From Guillardia theta CCMP2712 (Eukaryota > Protista > Cryptophyta), in contig NW_005434493.1 in the NCBI RefSeq assembly GCF_000315625.1, positions 1 through 64,000 on the forward strand: a stretch of 64,000 nt of DNA. Direction: 5' to 3'. Shown here one piece after another: positions 49,597-64,000 of this stretch. The notes below the pieces were generated by a model, which saw only the letters and a program-made list of their open reading frames with translations, did not search any database and was not told the origin of the DNA. The translations under genes and the position numbers were made by a program. The stretch's first letter is position 1, and the number at the start of each line of letters is the position of its first letter.

Positions 49597-52500
49597 TCAT
49601 GCATCTTTGAACGAGAGCGTTCCATCCTCACCAGCTCCTGTCACGAAGGAGGCGCCTTCCACCCGATCGCCCCATGCATACAGCTGGTTCAGCCGGTAAC
49701 TGCCATCTCGCTCGGTCAGGCGTTGCAAGGAGTGAACAACAAAGTCCACCTGTTGAACCATCTTCTCGTCATCTGAACGCGCACCCACTGCAGAGCCGTC
49801 AGGGCCAGCAGAGGAGGGGAAGGAGATTTGTCTTGCCTGGACTCCAGTAGAGGGCAGAGCTGATCGGATCATCATCGAGCTCTCGTCTCGAAGCATGATC
49901 GTGTCGACCCTGTCCGTCCCGTAGGCCGCATAGACGTGCTGCATGTGGGTCACAAACGGCCGCGTTCTCCCGCTTGCCTTACTGTGACGTGCTCCTCCTC
50001 TTCCTTCACCTTCCCTTCCTCGCTTTCCTCCATGGAAACACCTCGATGGACGAGAAACCATTGACGCCCCTCTTCGCTTAACTGGCTCAACCTTGAGCGT
50101 ACAGATCCTCCCCATCTTCGCACTTACCTGGACTGTGTAGCACCTAGCTGAGAAGTTTGAGCGCCAGTGCCTGCGTTGAGTCAGGACTGCAGGTAGCAAA
50201 TCTCTACTTCCACGCACAGCTCGATTCGCTGCAGTGAAAATTTGGTCCCCAGGTTGACCTCGACGACCACGCTGTCGACCCTGCAGGACAGTAGCGTCAA
50301 GCACAAGATGATCAGGAGACAGAAAGGCAGGGAGGAGCAGGTCAAGAGAGGTCGAATACCCGGGACTTGACATCCAGAACGTGCTGCGGTTTGCCCCGCC
50401 GTCAAGAGCATTCCCAAAGTGATACGCTCCTCTCGCATCCGTCGGAGCTGAAGGCAGACTTCAGCAACACCAACCCAAAAATGAAGGAGAAGGAGAAGGA
50501 AGAGGATGAGCAGGAAGAGGAGCAGAAGCATCAAGAGTTGAGGAGGAGGATAAAGGGAGCGGAAGCAGCAGGATGAAAGGAGGAGCAGCAGGAGGATCAG
50601 CAGAAGCTGTAAATCACGAGACTTGGAAGATTCACCTGTTGATGTGACTTGATACTCGCAGTGTCGAGCTGCGTTCTGGACCTGCAGGAGACGCATCGCA
50701 ACACTAAGAGGAGCACAACTATCTCCTCCTATCTCCTTGCAATGACTTGCCTCCTGCTTCTTTGCCATCAACTTCGCATTGTCCACATTCTTCTTCGTCC
50801 TCGGTGGCGCGAGCGCGCTCTGAAGTCAGGTGAGCAACAGCCAGGCGAAGCGGGAGGAGAGGGGAGGAGAGACGAAGAGAGGAGGAGAGGGGAGGAAAGA
50901 AGAAGCAAGGATAGGACAAGAGAGAAGGGAGGAGAAGAGGGAAGGGGAGGGGAGGAGGGGAAAGGAAAGGGGAGGGGAAGGGTAGAAGAAATGAAAGAAA
51001 TGACACCAGAGGAAGGGAGAAAGATTAGAAAGGGTATGGAAGGAGGGAGGAACTGGGGGAGACCTGATCGAATTCGTAGACGATGTTGTAGGACAAGTAG
51101 TCTCGGATGGATTTGATACCACCAACGATGATGTTCTTAGGTGGATCCTGATAATGCAGAGCTGAGGGAAGGAAAAGTGAGAGTTTCAAGTCACTTTCAG
51201 CGGATTGTTGTGCAGTCGAAGATCATCGAGCCTTGTCAACATGCCGATAACGACCTGGCAATCAGCTCAGTGAGCAAGAGAGCAAAAGAGAAAGTGAGAG
51301 GTAAGTCAACAAGAGGAAGCAAGGGAGAGAGTCAGAAGTAGCAAGGAGGAGCGAATAGGTACAGGGATAGCAGAGATCTGATTGCCGAATAGCCACAAGC
51401 TCTGTGAACCAAGAGCAAAGGTAAGTAGGAGTCATTGTGATGATGAACAAGCATCTGTCCACCTCTCCCTCTTCCACTTCTCCTGCCCTCACCTCAAGGG
51501 AAATCAGTCCGGCCAACCACCAAGCAGTTCCGAGTTTCAGACGATTGTTGCCGCTGTGAACAGAATCAGCTTGTCCTCTTCTTCTGCTTTCCTCCTTCTC
51601 CCTTCATCTACTCCGATCTATCTGTGTTTCTGCGACGAACTACACATCTTCTCCCTCGCAATTTGCTCTTCCCGTCCCCCCTCTGGCCTCTCTCTACCCC
51701 CCCTCCCCCCCCGCCCCCTTGATGCGTACAGGGCAAGCTTCGTCATCCCTGTCAGCCTTCCGAGCTCTTCGGGAATGTTCTCAAGCCTGCAGTAGACAGC
51801 ATCACAACGTTGAAGTCTCGGTCATCTTACTCTCCCCTCCCTTGCCTGCTGCTGCTGCTGCTGCTCTTTTTCATCCCATCCTCCTCCTCCTCCTCCTCCT
51901 CCTCCTCCTCCTCCTCCTCCTCCTCCTCATCATCATCATTCTCATCCTCATTCTAATCGCCGTATCCGTGAACTTCGTGATTGTATGAACGACCTGTTCC
52001 CATTGAGGGATAGCGAGATGATTCTGCTTTGCGCATCGGGTAAGCCAACCGAGCAAGACCGAGACAAGACTTGCCTTGAGCAGTTGCCAATTGACTTGTT
52101 CACTTCCAGGAGTTTGTTGTCATCTACCAGCACAGAATCATCGACATCAGGACAAGCAGAACCTACCGACACAAAGTTCTGTCAGGTTGGTGCAATGGAA
52201 GAGAGTGTCGGGGAGACGATCAATGCTGTTGCGTTCCTGCAAAGCTTGTGAGGACGAGCAACAAGGGATGAGCCTCAGCACCAGGTGGAGAGTTTCCAGC
52301 GCTGTCATGTTGTGTATTCTTGGATTGATCTGACGTCCTCGTCAACTAGGCTATAGGGGAAACAATCACGCACCGTAGTGATCTGATTGCCCGACAAATC
52401 CAGGTATCTGCCCATATGTCAGACTTCGATCTCACAGATCACACTACATGTATTACTTGATGTTGTAAGAGAACCGCGGGTCATCCACAAATTCAGTTGG

Positions 52501-55500
52501 AAACAACAGGAGTGACATGTTGGCCTGCACATAACATTAGTCATAGCGAGAAAGATCACTCGTCTTGTTCACCAATTCGCATATTCCTGTGTGCTCAGAT
52601 GTTGCAATTCTCTTCCAATACTTTCTGAGAGTAGGAAACCTGAGGATGCTCAATCAGGGCCAGAAGCAAAAGAATCCAACGGGACTGAGATTAGATAGGC
52701 ACAAGACAGAAAGAAGGGAATCTGAAGTCAATAGCGAGGATAAGAGCGATACGAACCCTTCGGTTTGAAAGTCGACAGGTGGATGCTTGAGGTTATTCCC
52801 GTTCTAAAACCAACTTCACCAACCCATCAAGTTTTTACCTGTCTTCTTACAATAGTGAAAGACTGAAGCATGTCTAGCGTGTGCATCTCAAAGGGGAGGA
52901 TCGAGATCTGATTGTTGTCAAGAAACAGCTCTCTCAAGCATGTCTGCGCCATCTCCTCAACCACGAGGTGCACAGTGAACCATGTCAACACCTGCCATCG
53001 AGGAAAGCACTTGGCCGGCAGCTCTGAGATGACGTTGTTCTTGGCGGAGAGAGACTGCAGGACACCCTTGAAGGGCTGAACCAGCCCAGCAGCAGCTCAC
53101 CTGAAGGTTGACCAGATTGCCGAGGAAGTGGACGGGGTAGCGGTCGATGGAAGGGGTGGGGAGCTCGTCGTACGGGCCCACCAGACGGAGAGGGTCCAGA
53201 GGCTCCTCCCAGTGAGGAGTGCGACCCTGCGAGGGTAGAAGAGACGAGGGTGAAAACCGGAGAAGAGGCGCTAGGAAAGCACGAGAGGACAGAAGCTGAG
53301 GAGGAGGAGGAGGAGGATGAAATGGAGGAAAGGTTCGAGGTAGGGGGGGAGGATGTACAGGTTCTTGTGGTGGTGGCAGAGCCAGAGGAGGTAACGGAGG
53401 GAAAGGAGACGAGAGAAAAGAGGGAGGAGGGATCGGGATCTTTATACCTTTGGAGTTCCAATATGGCGATAAGCAAGCTTTCCGCCGCCGACGATGACAG
53501 CCTGATGGTTGGATGGTCAGAAAGGATGAGATGGTGGCTGAAGGCCACATACAAGGCAAGCGAGAGCAAGGAAGAGAAGGAGGAGGAGGAGAGAGGATGG
53601 AAAGGGAAGAGGGGAGGGGGGAGGGAGGACGGGGGAGGAGNNNNNNNNNNNNNNNNNNNNNNNNNNNNNNNNNNNNNNNNNNNNNNNNNNNNNNNNNNNN
53701 NNNNNNNNNNNNNNNNNNNNNNNNNNNNNNNNNNNNNNNNNNNNNNNNNNNNNNNNNNNNNNNNNNNNNNNNNNNNNNNNNNNNNNNNNNNNNNNNNNNN
53801 NNNNNNNNNNNNNNNNNNNNNNNNNNNNNNNNNNNNNNNNNNNNNNNNNNNNNNNNNNNNNNNNNNNNNNNNNNNNNNNNNNNNNNNNNNNNNNNNNNNN
53901 NNNNNNNNNNNNNNNNNNNNNNNNNNNNNNNNNNNNNNNNNNNNNNNNNNNNNNNNNNNNNNNNNNNNNNNNNNNNNNNNNNNNNNNNNNNNNNNNNNNN
54001 NNNNNNNNNNNNNNNNNNNNNNNNNNNNNNNNNNNNNNNNNNNNNNNNNNNNNNNNNNNNNNNNNNNNNNNNNNNNNNNNNNNNNNNNNNNNNNNNNNNN
54101 NNNNNNNNNNNNNNNNNNNNNNNNNNNNNNNNNNNNNNNNNNNNNNNNNNNNNNNNNNNNNNNNNNNNNNNNNNNNNNNNNNNNNNNNNNNNNNNNNNNN
54201 NNNNNNNNNNNNNNNNNNNNNNNNNNNNNNNNNNNNNNNNNNNNNNNNNNNNNNNNNNNNNNNNNNNNNNNNNNNNNNNNNNNNNNNNNNNNNNNNNNNN
54301 NNNNNNNNNNNNNNNNNNNNNNNNNNNNNNNNNNNNNNNNNNNNNNNNNNNNNNNNNNNNNNNNNNNNNNNNNNNNNNNNNNNNNNNNNNNNNNNNNNNN
54401 NGAGGGAGGAGGAGGAGAGACGCGATCGGTTTCGTGTGCACGTCAGAGATGCAGACGCAGAAAGGGAAGAGGGAAGAGAAACGTGGGTACCTCAAACGGA
54501 ACGGCAAGAAGCGAGAAGCCGGAGATATCAATCTGACTCGCTTCCTTGCCCGCCTGAAGCTTTGAGAGGTAGGACAGCACGTTCTGACACCCTCCTGCCA
54601 GCCACGCCATCACAACAGCCTCCAGAAGCGAGCAATGGCGTCACCGACGAGAACTTCAGTGGGAGGAGATTTGAGAGGAGAGTTGTCGAGCTTGAGCTCC
54701 CTGAGGTTCGTCAGGTAGCAGAGCTCTGGCGGCAGCATCGTCGTCTGACTCACTCTCAGTCCCAGCCAGTATGGAGCGGGAGAGGAGGACAAGATTAGGG
54801 AGAGGAAGACGTGCAGAAAGCAACCAGGAGCATGCAGGAGGAGGAGAAGGTGGAGGAGGAGGTGGAGGAGAGAGAGAAGGGAGGAGTGAGGAGTTAGGAG
54901 CAGATAAGAAGGGAGAGTAACCTCTGTAAGCGGGAGCCATAGTCTGATCAGAGAGGAAACGAAGCTGAGAGAAGGGTTGACGACTAGAAGTTTGTTGCAG
55001 TCAAGCCGGAGGACTGACAGATGTCGAAGGCTGCCGAGGGAGGTGGGGAGAAAGCGAATGAAGTTGCTGTCGAGGAAAAGCTTCTCGAGCTTGGAGCACT
55101 CGGAGAGAGAGCTCTCGACTTCTTGCAGTCGATTCTTAGAAACAGAAAGAAACACCAGCTGCTGCAGCATCGGGATCCAGTCCGGCAGCCTGTCCAGCTG
55201 ATTCTTCTCCAAACTCAGTCGAGTCAAGTTGGTCAAGACGTGGAAGGACTTGGGGATGCGGGTGATGCTGTTGCCGTCGAAGAGAGCAGTATGGACAAGG
55301 AGCGGCTCGGGTAGTCCTCTCCTCACATACATCATCCCCTTAGTCGTCAGCCCGAAGTCTCGCATGTCGAGCTCGCCGTGTACCGATTCCTTGAGGTTCT
55401 GAAGGAACTTGAGGAGGAGGTGGATGCTGATGTCGACGAGCTCCTCCGGGATCATCTCCCAGGGGTTGTCGCGGATGTTGAAGCGCTCCAGGCTCTTGAG

Positions 55501-58500
55501 GTTGGCGAACTCGAGAGGAATCTTGCTCATCCGGTTGTGGGAGATGTCAAGGTCAGTCAGCTGGAGAAGGCAGAGGCCGAGGGTGGGAGGGAGACGATCG
55601 ATGCGGTTGTGGTGGAGGTGAAGAGTCTTTAGCGCTGTGAGCTCCTCGATGCAGACCGGAAGCGTCTCGAGGTGATTGTAGCTCTGCTCGCTGCTGTCAG
55701 GCAACGATTTCGAGCAGTAGGGGCGAGGAAGAAACAGAGACATCAAGAGCAGGAGGAACACTATATGATGATGAAGAAGAAGAAGAAGAAGAAGAGCAGG
55801 AGGAACACTGAATGATAATGATAATGATGATGATGATGATGAGAGATGAGGAACTGGAGAAGGAGATGGAGGAGGGGGTGGGGGGGGGGGAGTTGGGGGG
55901 AGAGGAGGATCGGAAGGGGCAGAAGGAGGTCTTACAAGCCAGAGGCTTTGCAGGCTCCATGCGAACTCGAGGGTCTCAGGAGGGAGTCTGAGGAGGGAGA
56001 AGTCGTGAAGGTCAAGGCTGTTGCTGTGCCTGCAGTCAAAGAGCGCGCGGAGGTACCGCGAGACGACTCGTCCCCCTCGCTCAATGACTTCAGGAGGAGG
56101 CGACCAGATCCTTTCGTTGTCCTCCGCCTGCAGCAGCTGCATCCTCCCGTACTCGCTCTCTCCCTCCTTCCGCATGCCGCCCACAAACTTCTGCCATTCT
56201 GACTTGCCCTTCATGTCCTCCGGTAACTTCGGCAACGGCGAACCAGGAGGACGAAGAACATAGTCCAGCAGGGGCCCACCTCTGAGCAGATGCTCGCGCA
56301 TCTCAATCTCCTCGAGGGGAGGGAACGAGCACGAGAGAGCGCCGAGCTCGGGGGGCAGTCGCTGGAGGTTGTTCCCTTCCAGCCGCAGGAGGACGAGGAG
56401 CTTGAGGCGCCAGAAAGAAGGAGGTAGAGTGTCGAGCTTGTTGCGTCGCAGGCTGAGGACCCTCAAGGAAGTGAGGGAGCCGAAGCGAGGAGGAAGAGCT
56501 GTAAACTCATTGCGATCGAGGTAGAGATGCGTCAGGCTCTCCCAGCAGCCGTCGAAGAGAGGAAAGACTCTCAGCGCGTTGTCGTTGGCCTCCAACGTCG
56601 CCAGGTGAGGGAGGAGGGAGCTGTCGGCGATGCAGTCGGGGAGGGAGCGGAGGAGGCAGTTGTTGAGGGAGATGGAGCGAACGTGAGTCCATCCTCTGAC
56701 CTGCGCGGGGAGATCAGCGAGAGGGTTCCCGTCGAAGCTGAGGTGAGTCAAGGAGGTCATGTCCTCGTTCTTGTGCATGGACGAGGACCAGACCAGGTCG
56801 CTGACCTCTCGAGGAAGGAAAGTCATCGATAGACATCGCAGGTCCAGGTGAAGCCCAGCTGGCACCCCCAGCTTCGCGTTGCCCCTTGCAGTCAAGAAGT
56901 TGCGAAGGTAGACAACCGTGGCGTCGGGCAGGGCACCGGAGGAGATGATCTCCTCCATCCAGCTGCTCCCCCCCTCCTCCTTCACCTGCTGCAGCAGCGC
57001 CTCCGGTCGGACCTTGAGACCTTCCGGAGGGCCTCCCATGTTGTTGCCGGAGTAGAGAATGGAGGAAAGAGAGGCGATGAGGCAGAGCTCGTGCGGGAGA
57101 ATTTCCAAGTGATTGTCTTGAACATCCAGCAGCTCCAGGCGGCGGAGGCTGCCGAGGTCAGGATGGACGTAAGAGATCTTGTTCTTCTGCACGAGCAGCT
57201 CCTGCAGATGCACGAGGCGAACGAGCGAGGGAGGGAGGACTGAGAGGTTGTTGTCGCTGAGATCGAGACATGTCAGGCTCGTGAAGCACAAGATGTCATA
57301 GGGGAAGTGGCGCAGGTCCATGCCGTTGAGGGCGAGGCGACGAGAATGAGGGATCTGATGGAACATGTGGACGAACTGAAAGATGTAGCGAGTTCCCTTG
57401 AGACGAACAGGAAGTGGAGGAGATCGCCATCTGTTGTTGTGCCAGCGCAACCCTCCTCGCGCCAACTCCGCCTCCTTGCTGTCAAGAGGGTCTCCGAGCT
57501 GCCAGCCGTCGCAGAGGTTGGTCAGGAAGAGAAGTTTGTCACTGAGGTCCACCAGCAAGTTGTTCGAGACATCGAGCTCACGCAGGCTGACGAGGAGGGA
57601 GAGGTTGGGATCTAGAGTGCCGGAGAGACGGTTGTGAGAGAGGTCGAGGCGGGTGAGGGACGAGTGGAGCAAAACTTCCAAGGGAACGAAGAGCAGGTTG
57701 AAGGAAGAGAGGTTGAGGTCCGAGAAGCGGGAGGAGTCGAACCAGCGGCGGAGGTATGAGCGAACGAGGCCCCATCCTCGTATCACCACCTCTTGCGTCG
57801 GGATGAAGATCATCTCCGGGTCGTAGGAGAGATCTTCGATGCTTGTCAGGCAGCAGAGGTCCCAAGGGAGGACGGTGATCCTGTTCCCGTGCAGGCGAAG
57901 ACTTTTAAGCTCCTCGCCCCACATCAGCGGCTGATGCTGCTGGCCCACCTCGATCAGTTTCTGCTCGCCGCTGTAGTGCATGCTGATCAGCTTGTCCAAG
58001 TGAAACTCCTCAAGCTCCTGCGTTCCCTTGGTATATCTGTCAAGGTCGATGAACCCGCAGGGAGGGAAGGAGACGATGACGTTGAAAGAGAGGTCAAGGA
58101 ACTGCAGCTTGCTTGCTCGCGCCAACGACATGGCGGGAACTTGCGAGAGGCGGTTGTGCCGGAGGTCAACATATCGAAGCCGCGAGCAGTACGAGAGCAT
58201 CGGCAGCTCCACGATGTTGTTGAAGCTCAAAACCAGAGTGGTCAAATTGACGCAGCCGGACATGCTGCTCGGGAGCTGAGAAATCTTGTTGTTGTTGGCG
58301 ATGAGCTCCTGCAGGCTTGTCATCCTCCCGAAGGTCTCGGAGAGCGGCTCCTCCAGCTGGTTGTGCTCTAGATGCAAGCTCTCGAGCAGCTCCATAGAGC
58401 TCCAGTCGAAGCTGAGAGCTGAGAACAAGTTGAAGTCCAGGCGGAGGGTCTTGAGATTTTGGAGGTTCCCCATGAAGTTTGGAACGAAGACAAAGTCGTT

Positions 58501-60209
58501 CATGGAGATGTCGAGGGTGGTCAAGTTGGTGATGTAGAAGGCTTCGATGGGGAAGTAGACTAGAGACATGTCGGAGAGGATGAGAGAGTTTGTCTCGTAC
58601 GCCGTGATCATGTACCTGAACTGCTCCATGAGGTTCTGGGTGTTGCGAATAACAACCTCGGACGAGATGCGCTCTGAATCCTTGGAGACGAGGTTGTGCG
58701 AAAAGGAACGGATCTCCCGCAGACTCTTCATCCTGCACAGCTCGAGGGGAAACTCGCGGATTGGACAGCCAAGGAGCGATATTCGTTCCATCTTGCCGAG
58801 CCGCTCGAACTCCTGGGGAAGATTCTTGAGGGGGTTAGAGTCCAAGAAGATGTTCTTCAAGTTCTCAAGCACGGAGATGCGGGGAGGGACATGAGAGATG
58901 AGGTTGTCGTTGAGCCGGAGCTCCGTCAGGTTGGTCATGAGGTAGACGTCGTCGGGGATGTGTGAGAGTTTCATGCCCGACAAGTCCAGCATCCCCGAGT
59001 CTCGAGCAAGGTGCAGCGAGTCGACATACCTCCGAACGTTCTTGATGCCTGCAATCATGATGACCTGAGCACTGTCAGCGATCACCAGCAGAGCTCGACT
59101 AGAGACAAACCTTGGGCACAAACTCCATGTCCATTCCCGACAGATCGCACACGTCCAGCCGAGTAAGAAACCTGAGGTCCATAGGGAGGGAAGAGAGACG
59201 ATTGTAAGACAAGTCGAGCTTCACGAGTGAGTTCCCAAGGTTGCGGATCTTGGGAGGGATGCTGGTTATGACGTTCCTGGCCAGCGACAAGTCGGTAAGA
59301 AATGTGAGGAGCAGAACCTGAAGAAAGAGGTGTCAACACCTAACAGCTCACACTCGTTCCTTCCACTACCTCCTCTGGAATCCTTGACAGGCCCAAATCA
59401 TCGAGGCTGAGGGACTTGGTTGATCGCGATGTTTGCAATCTCTCGAGGTAGTCGAACAATCGTGTCCGTGCGGCAGAGACAACTTCTTCCTCCTTGGTGT
59501 ACATGGAATGTTTAGTAGCGCCAGAGCTCTTCAATGCCTCCCGCAACTTGTATAGGGAGATGAAGAACTTGCCGTCGTACTCCACCTGCCATGTAACTCT
59601 GGGGTACTGCAGAGGGTTGTCCAGAAACGATATTTCTTTCACATGTTTCAGAAGGTAGAATGTGTCAGGAAGTTTTTCGATCTGATTGTCATAAAGCGTC
59701 ATTCTTTGCAGTTTTGTTAAGGACACCAAAGTGTCAGGAACTGCCCGGATCTGGTTCTTATGAAGCGATGCGAAGACTAGGTTGGTCAAGTTTCCGATGC
59801 TCGCAGGGATTTCAACAAGACAGTTGTTCTCAAGGTTGAGCTGGATCAGATGCTCCATCCTCGGGCATCCTATCAGGGGCGAGACTTTGAGAAGGTTGTT
59901 GTCGTTGAGAAACATCTGCTTGATGTGGCGAATCGTGTACACCTCCGACGGCAGCGGCTCCCGCAGTCCCATCTTCGACAGGTCGACCTTGGTGCTCTTG
60001 GTTGCCATGTAGACCCTCTTGCTGATCTCATAGTTGTCGTTGTAAGGCGACCCGCTTTCCGTATGCTCTTGTATCCAAGCCTCGAGCGCATTTTCATTCG
60101 AATTTTGTTTCGACGCATCCTCGTGTGGCTGTAGCGTTGTGTTCATCATGTCAAAACTCAGTCCAGCATCGACATCCTCATCCTCGATGCTCTCGTCGGA
60201 TGACAGCAT
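49597..60209 (-). CDS. Giant multi-exon leucine-rich-repeat protein; 3' extent across the gap is uncertain
   Basis: Dozens of LxxLxLxxNxL repeats at 54610-60209; further LRR exons at ~51200-53200. Confidence 0.75.
53641..54401. other. Assembly gap (N)
   Basis: Run of n. Confidence 1.
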
Positions 60210-61075
60210 CCCTTAGCTCTCTAGTACTTGATCTTCAAAATATGGTGGGAATCTATTCGTAGTCTTGAGTCTCTCTTATCCAAAACTTCTCTTGACAGCA
60301 ATTGCATTACCTCGGTCAGATATCTCTCTGTTCATATTTCCAACCTTCTCACCGTCTTCCCATAGAAATCTGCGCGCTGCTAGTCGTATCGATTTCATCC
60401 AAACCCCCCAATGCGAAGTTCTTGTACACAGGCATATCGAGTCACTGTTACTCTTCAAGCATGTCGCAAGAACAGCGCGGTTTCTCATCGCATTTCATCT
60501 CTTTCTGGTTCCACACAGCCATGGGTATTCTTCGTCTACCCGCCATCGCTGCGTTCATTCTCCTTGCGCACTGCCTTGGCCATCGTCCCGACCAGACTGA
60601 TCAAAGTTTTACTCAAACCTTAAGTTAGTACTTAACACCTCATCCCCCTCATACAACTTTGCTTCATGAGCGGGGAGGAGGGCTTTGGAGCATGTAGAGT
60701 TCTCTATTCGAGGCTCTCCAGGCCGAAACCTCAGAAGAGGAAGAGGAGGAAGAGGAGGAAGAGGGAGGGAGGGAGGAAAGATATGGATGAGAGGGAGGGA
60801 GGGAGAGGGAAGGAGCAGAGAGAGGTGAGAGAGGAGCGATAGGAGTCAGAGAAGAGTCAGAGAACAGAGAACAGAGAACAGAAGAAGCAGAGGAAGGGAG
60901 GGAGGAGAGAATAGAAGGGAGGGTGCACGAGGAGTGCCGCTAGGGTAAGGTGACGTAGATTGTTCAGGGAGGCAGAAAGTAGAAGGACGGGAGGATAGTC
61001 GGTCTCTTACCTCGTCCTTTGGCCTGCAGATTTACCCGATGGTCGCTAGTAAGGCTAACCATTCCTCCGACCGAC

Positions 61076-62217
61076 ATGTCATATCAAACTCAGAGCGAAA
61101 GGACAGGAGCATCCGACTCTGGGGAGGTGGCGCGAGCTCGGAGGGAGAGATTGTTTCTCACATGTTCTTGCAGAACGAGGGCAGCTCGCGCTAGAGAAGG
61201 GGCATGTTTGCGTGCTGAATGCCACAGTTGTTGCCACTGAAGTGTTGAAAAACCTTGTCCTGCCCGGAGTCGGAGCATTCACCATCGTTGATAACCATCG
61301 TGTTAGCGGTGAGAGATGTGAATGCCAGAGATTGTGATGGCGATGGTGATGGTGATGGTGATGGCGATGGTGATGGTGATGGTGATGGTGATGGTGATGG
61401 CGATGGTGATGGCGATGGTGATGGCGATGGTGATGGTGATGGTGAAACATTCAGAGCGGGATCTCGGAAACAACTTTTTCGTGACCCAAGAAAGCATCGG
61501 CGAGCCTCGCTGCCATGAGGTCATGAAGAACTTGCTGGAGCTGAATGAAGAGGTCAAGGGGCACGCTGTCAACGAGGTGAGTTGACCTTGTTTCCTCCTC
61601 CTCCTCCTCGGACCTCTCCTCCTCCTCGGACCTCTCCTCCTCCTCCTCCTCCTCCTCCTCCTCCTCCTCCTCCTCCTCCTCCTCCTCCTCCTCCTCCTCC
61701 TCCTCCTCCTCCTCCTCCTTCTCCTCCTCCTCCTTCTCCTCCTCTTTTTGACCTTGTTTCCTCCTGCTCTTGCTTGCACTGCTCCTTTCTCTCCCCCCTC
61801 AGTGATGCTATTGGTTCAGGATGCGTGCGAGATCATCATGAGTAACTTGGACTTCTTCAACGACTTCTCCTGCGTCATCGTGTCGGACCTCCCGGAGAAA
61901 CATCTCCTCCTCCTCGCAAACAGGCAGAGCGACGAGCTCGTTCCTCTCCTCCCCTGACCTCGCGCAGGCTGTGGGAGCGAGGGATCCCTCTCTTCCTCGG
62001 CAAAGCCTACGGAATGATCGGCTTGTGGCGCAACGTGATCCCCGAGGTTGGGCCTTGGAGGGAGGAGCAAGCGCGAGGAGCAGGAGGAGGTGGAGGAAGA
62101 GGGAGGAGCAGGAGAAGGTAGAGGAAGTGGAGAGGAAGCGACTACGAAAGATTTAGAGAAGAAAATTGTCAATCCCGTGACAGGCGTAGGAGCGGGAGCA
62201 GGAGCAGGAGAAGGAGA

Positions 62218-62262
<45 letters not shown>

Positions 62263-63818
62263 CTAGTTCTGATAACCTGATAGGTGTGCATAGTGGAGTC
62301 GCGGCCAGAATATGCCAAGGAGAATTATCGCCTGGCAAATCCCTTCCCCGAGCTTTCCGCATTTGTGGTCGGCTACTCTCTTCCTGACCATTCCTTTCGT
62401 TATTCCTCCTTCCTTGACACTAAAACCTTGACGTTGCCTGCCCTGAATGCTCTTTTCTTCTCACCCTCCTCCCTCCTCTCCTCCCTCTCCCCCTCCTACT
62501 CTTTCACCTCTCAATTCTACTTCTACTGAACGAATGTACAGGAGAAGTTCGATCTCGAGTCCTGCAGGCACCCTTACATTCCTCTCACTGAGACAAGTCA
62601 GTCTTTCCGTCTCTCCGTACCCGCCCCAGCTTCCTCTTCCTCCTCCCTCTCCCCTCCCCTCCCCTGACCTCCACTCCCATATCTCCTCCTCCCATCTTGT
62701 CTTCTCCTCTTTCCTGCCTTCTCCTCTTTCCCTCCTCACTGTCATCTCCTTCTCTCCTCTCTCCCTCCTCTCTTTTCGCTCCTCGCTTCCCTCCCTCCTC
62801 TTCTTCTCTTCTTTTTCACACCATCATGCACCATCAGGATCCGGACCGAATGAATTTGTGGATCAGCGAGGACGTCCGATCGTCCCCAAAGCTCATTCGC
62901 ACATCCCAGCGTTCGTCCTGCTCATCAAGGCATGGGAACAAACCCTCCTCTCATTCCATTTTGATTTCTGCTCTTCGTTGAACCTTCCTCCTCCTCCTCC
63001 TCCTCCTCCTCCTCCTCCTCCTCCTCCTCCTCCTTTTCACTCCCCCCCCACCAACACCCCCTTCTGCTTCTGCTCCTTCTCCCCTTCTCCTCCTGCAGCT
63101 CCTACTCCCTTCGCTTTCTCCTCCCCTTCTCCTTCTCATTCTTTTGCCCTTCAGGCTCTGCAAAGATGGCGAGCAGAGCACGATGGAAAGATGCCGCAGA
63201 CAGGGCAGGAGAAGGATCAGTTCCGCGAGCTACTCGACGACTTCCAACTTGCTGTTGGCAAAGTAACTTTGAGAACGATCGATGTCAAAGTTCTCACGCT
63301 CTGCTTTCTTCCTCCTCTTCCCTCCTCCTCTTCCTCCCTGTTTCGTCTCCTCCTTTCTCTTGCCCAGGATGAAGAAAACTTTGTTGAAGCAAAGGCGCTG
63401 GTAAGAGGGGAGAAGAGAGCTGGAGCCTGCAAACAGGAGGAGGAGGGGAACCAGGAGAGGATCCAGGAGGAGAAGCAGGAGGAGAAGCAGGAGGGGAAGC
63501 AGGGGAAGGAGGAGGAGGAGGAGGAGGCAGTGACAACTTGCAGGCGCGGCATGCGTACTCTCCGTTCGAGATCCCATCGGAGGTGAAAGCGATCTTGTCG
63601 GACGCCAAGGCAGGAGCAGACAGCAACTGCCAGGTGAGAGAGGAGGAGGAGGAGCGACGCAAGTGAACGTCTCGCAGGATCCGTTCTGGATCATCGTGCG
63701 GGCGCTGCGAGCGTTCGTGGAGGGCGAGGGAGGAGGATGCCTCCCCCTCAGTGGGATGCTCCCCGACATGCACGCCGACACCAAGAGCTACATCGACCTG
63801 CAGAATATCTACAGGTCT

Positions 63819-63888
<70 letters not shown>

Positions 63889-64000
63889 ACAGAAATGCGT
63901 TGTAGAGGGGGGGAAGGTGAAGGAGAAACCACGAGTGAGGGAGGAAGGTGGAGATTGACGAGGAGGAAATGAGGAATGCAAGAATGCTAGCAGGAGCAGG
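61076..64000 (+). CDS. NAE1: NEDD8-activating enzyme E1 regulatory subunit (multi-exon, continues past the window)
   Basis: [53 protein letters not shown]...[25 protein letters not shown]. Confidence 0.9.
61334..63886. repeat. Intronic microsatellites (GATGGY)n, (CCT)n, (GGAGCA)n
   Basis: At ~61334, 61635, 62220, 62985 and 63819, between NAE1 exons. Confidence 0.85.

Noticed and set aside
52957-54565. Long ORFs spanning the N gap
   Set aside because: Artefacts of translating N.
61079-63981. Poly-His, poly-Arg, poly-Pro and GA-repeat ORFs
   Set aside because: Translations of intronic microsatellites in NAE1.

Overview
Eukaryotic chromosome end. (CCCTAAA)n on the + strand places the telomere to the left. 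The ~50-nt introns, TTTAGGG repeats and bipartite plastid-targeting peptides suggest a cryptophyte-like alga (inference). The first ~32 kb is a head-to-tail array of non-LTR retroelements, all on the - strand with 3' tails toward the telomere, separated by short TTTAGGG tracts. Family A (~10.6 kb) has ORF1, then a TAATG-coupled ORF2 with Ulp1-like protease, APE endonuclease, RT, degenerate RNase H, CCHC and restriction-like endonuclease, i.e. a Dualen/RandI-like dual-endonuclease layout. Family B (~3 kb) encodes only an ORF1 homologue and shares A's 3'-terminal motif, like the HeT-A/TART partnership. Each element 5' end carries its own perfect 19-20 bp minisatellite beginning at a conserved GCATGC. 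Nested in the array are a young chromodomain Ty3/Gypsy element, a piggyBac-like transposase gene and a telomere-capped Cys-rich gene fragment. A CRE-like fragment lies at ~34 kb. From ~35 kb the window holds ordinary intron-rich genes: VPS4, MECR, a thylakoid-lumen protein, thymidine kinase, a TLDc/IQ protein, cyclophilin, a giant LRR protein and NAE1. There is an N gap at 53641-54401.
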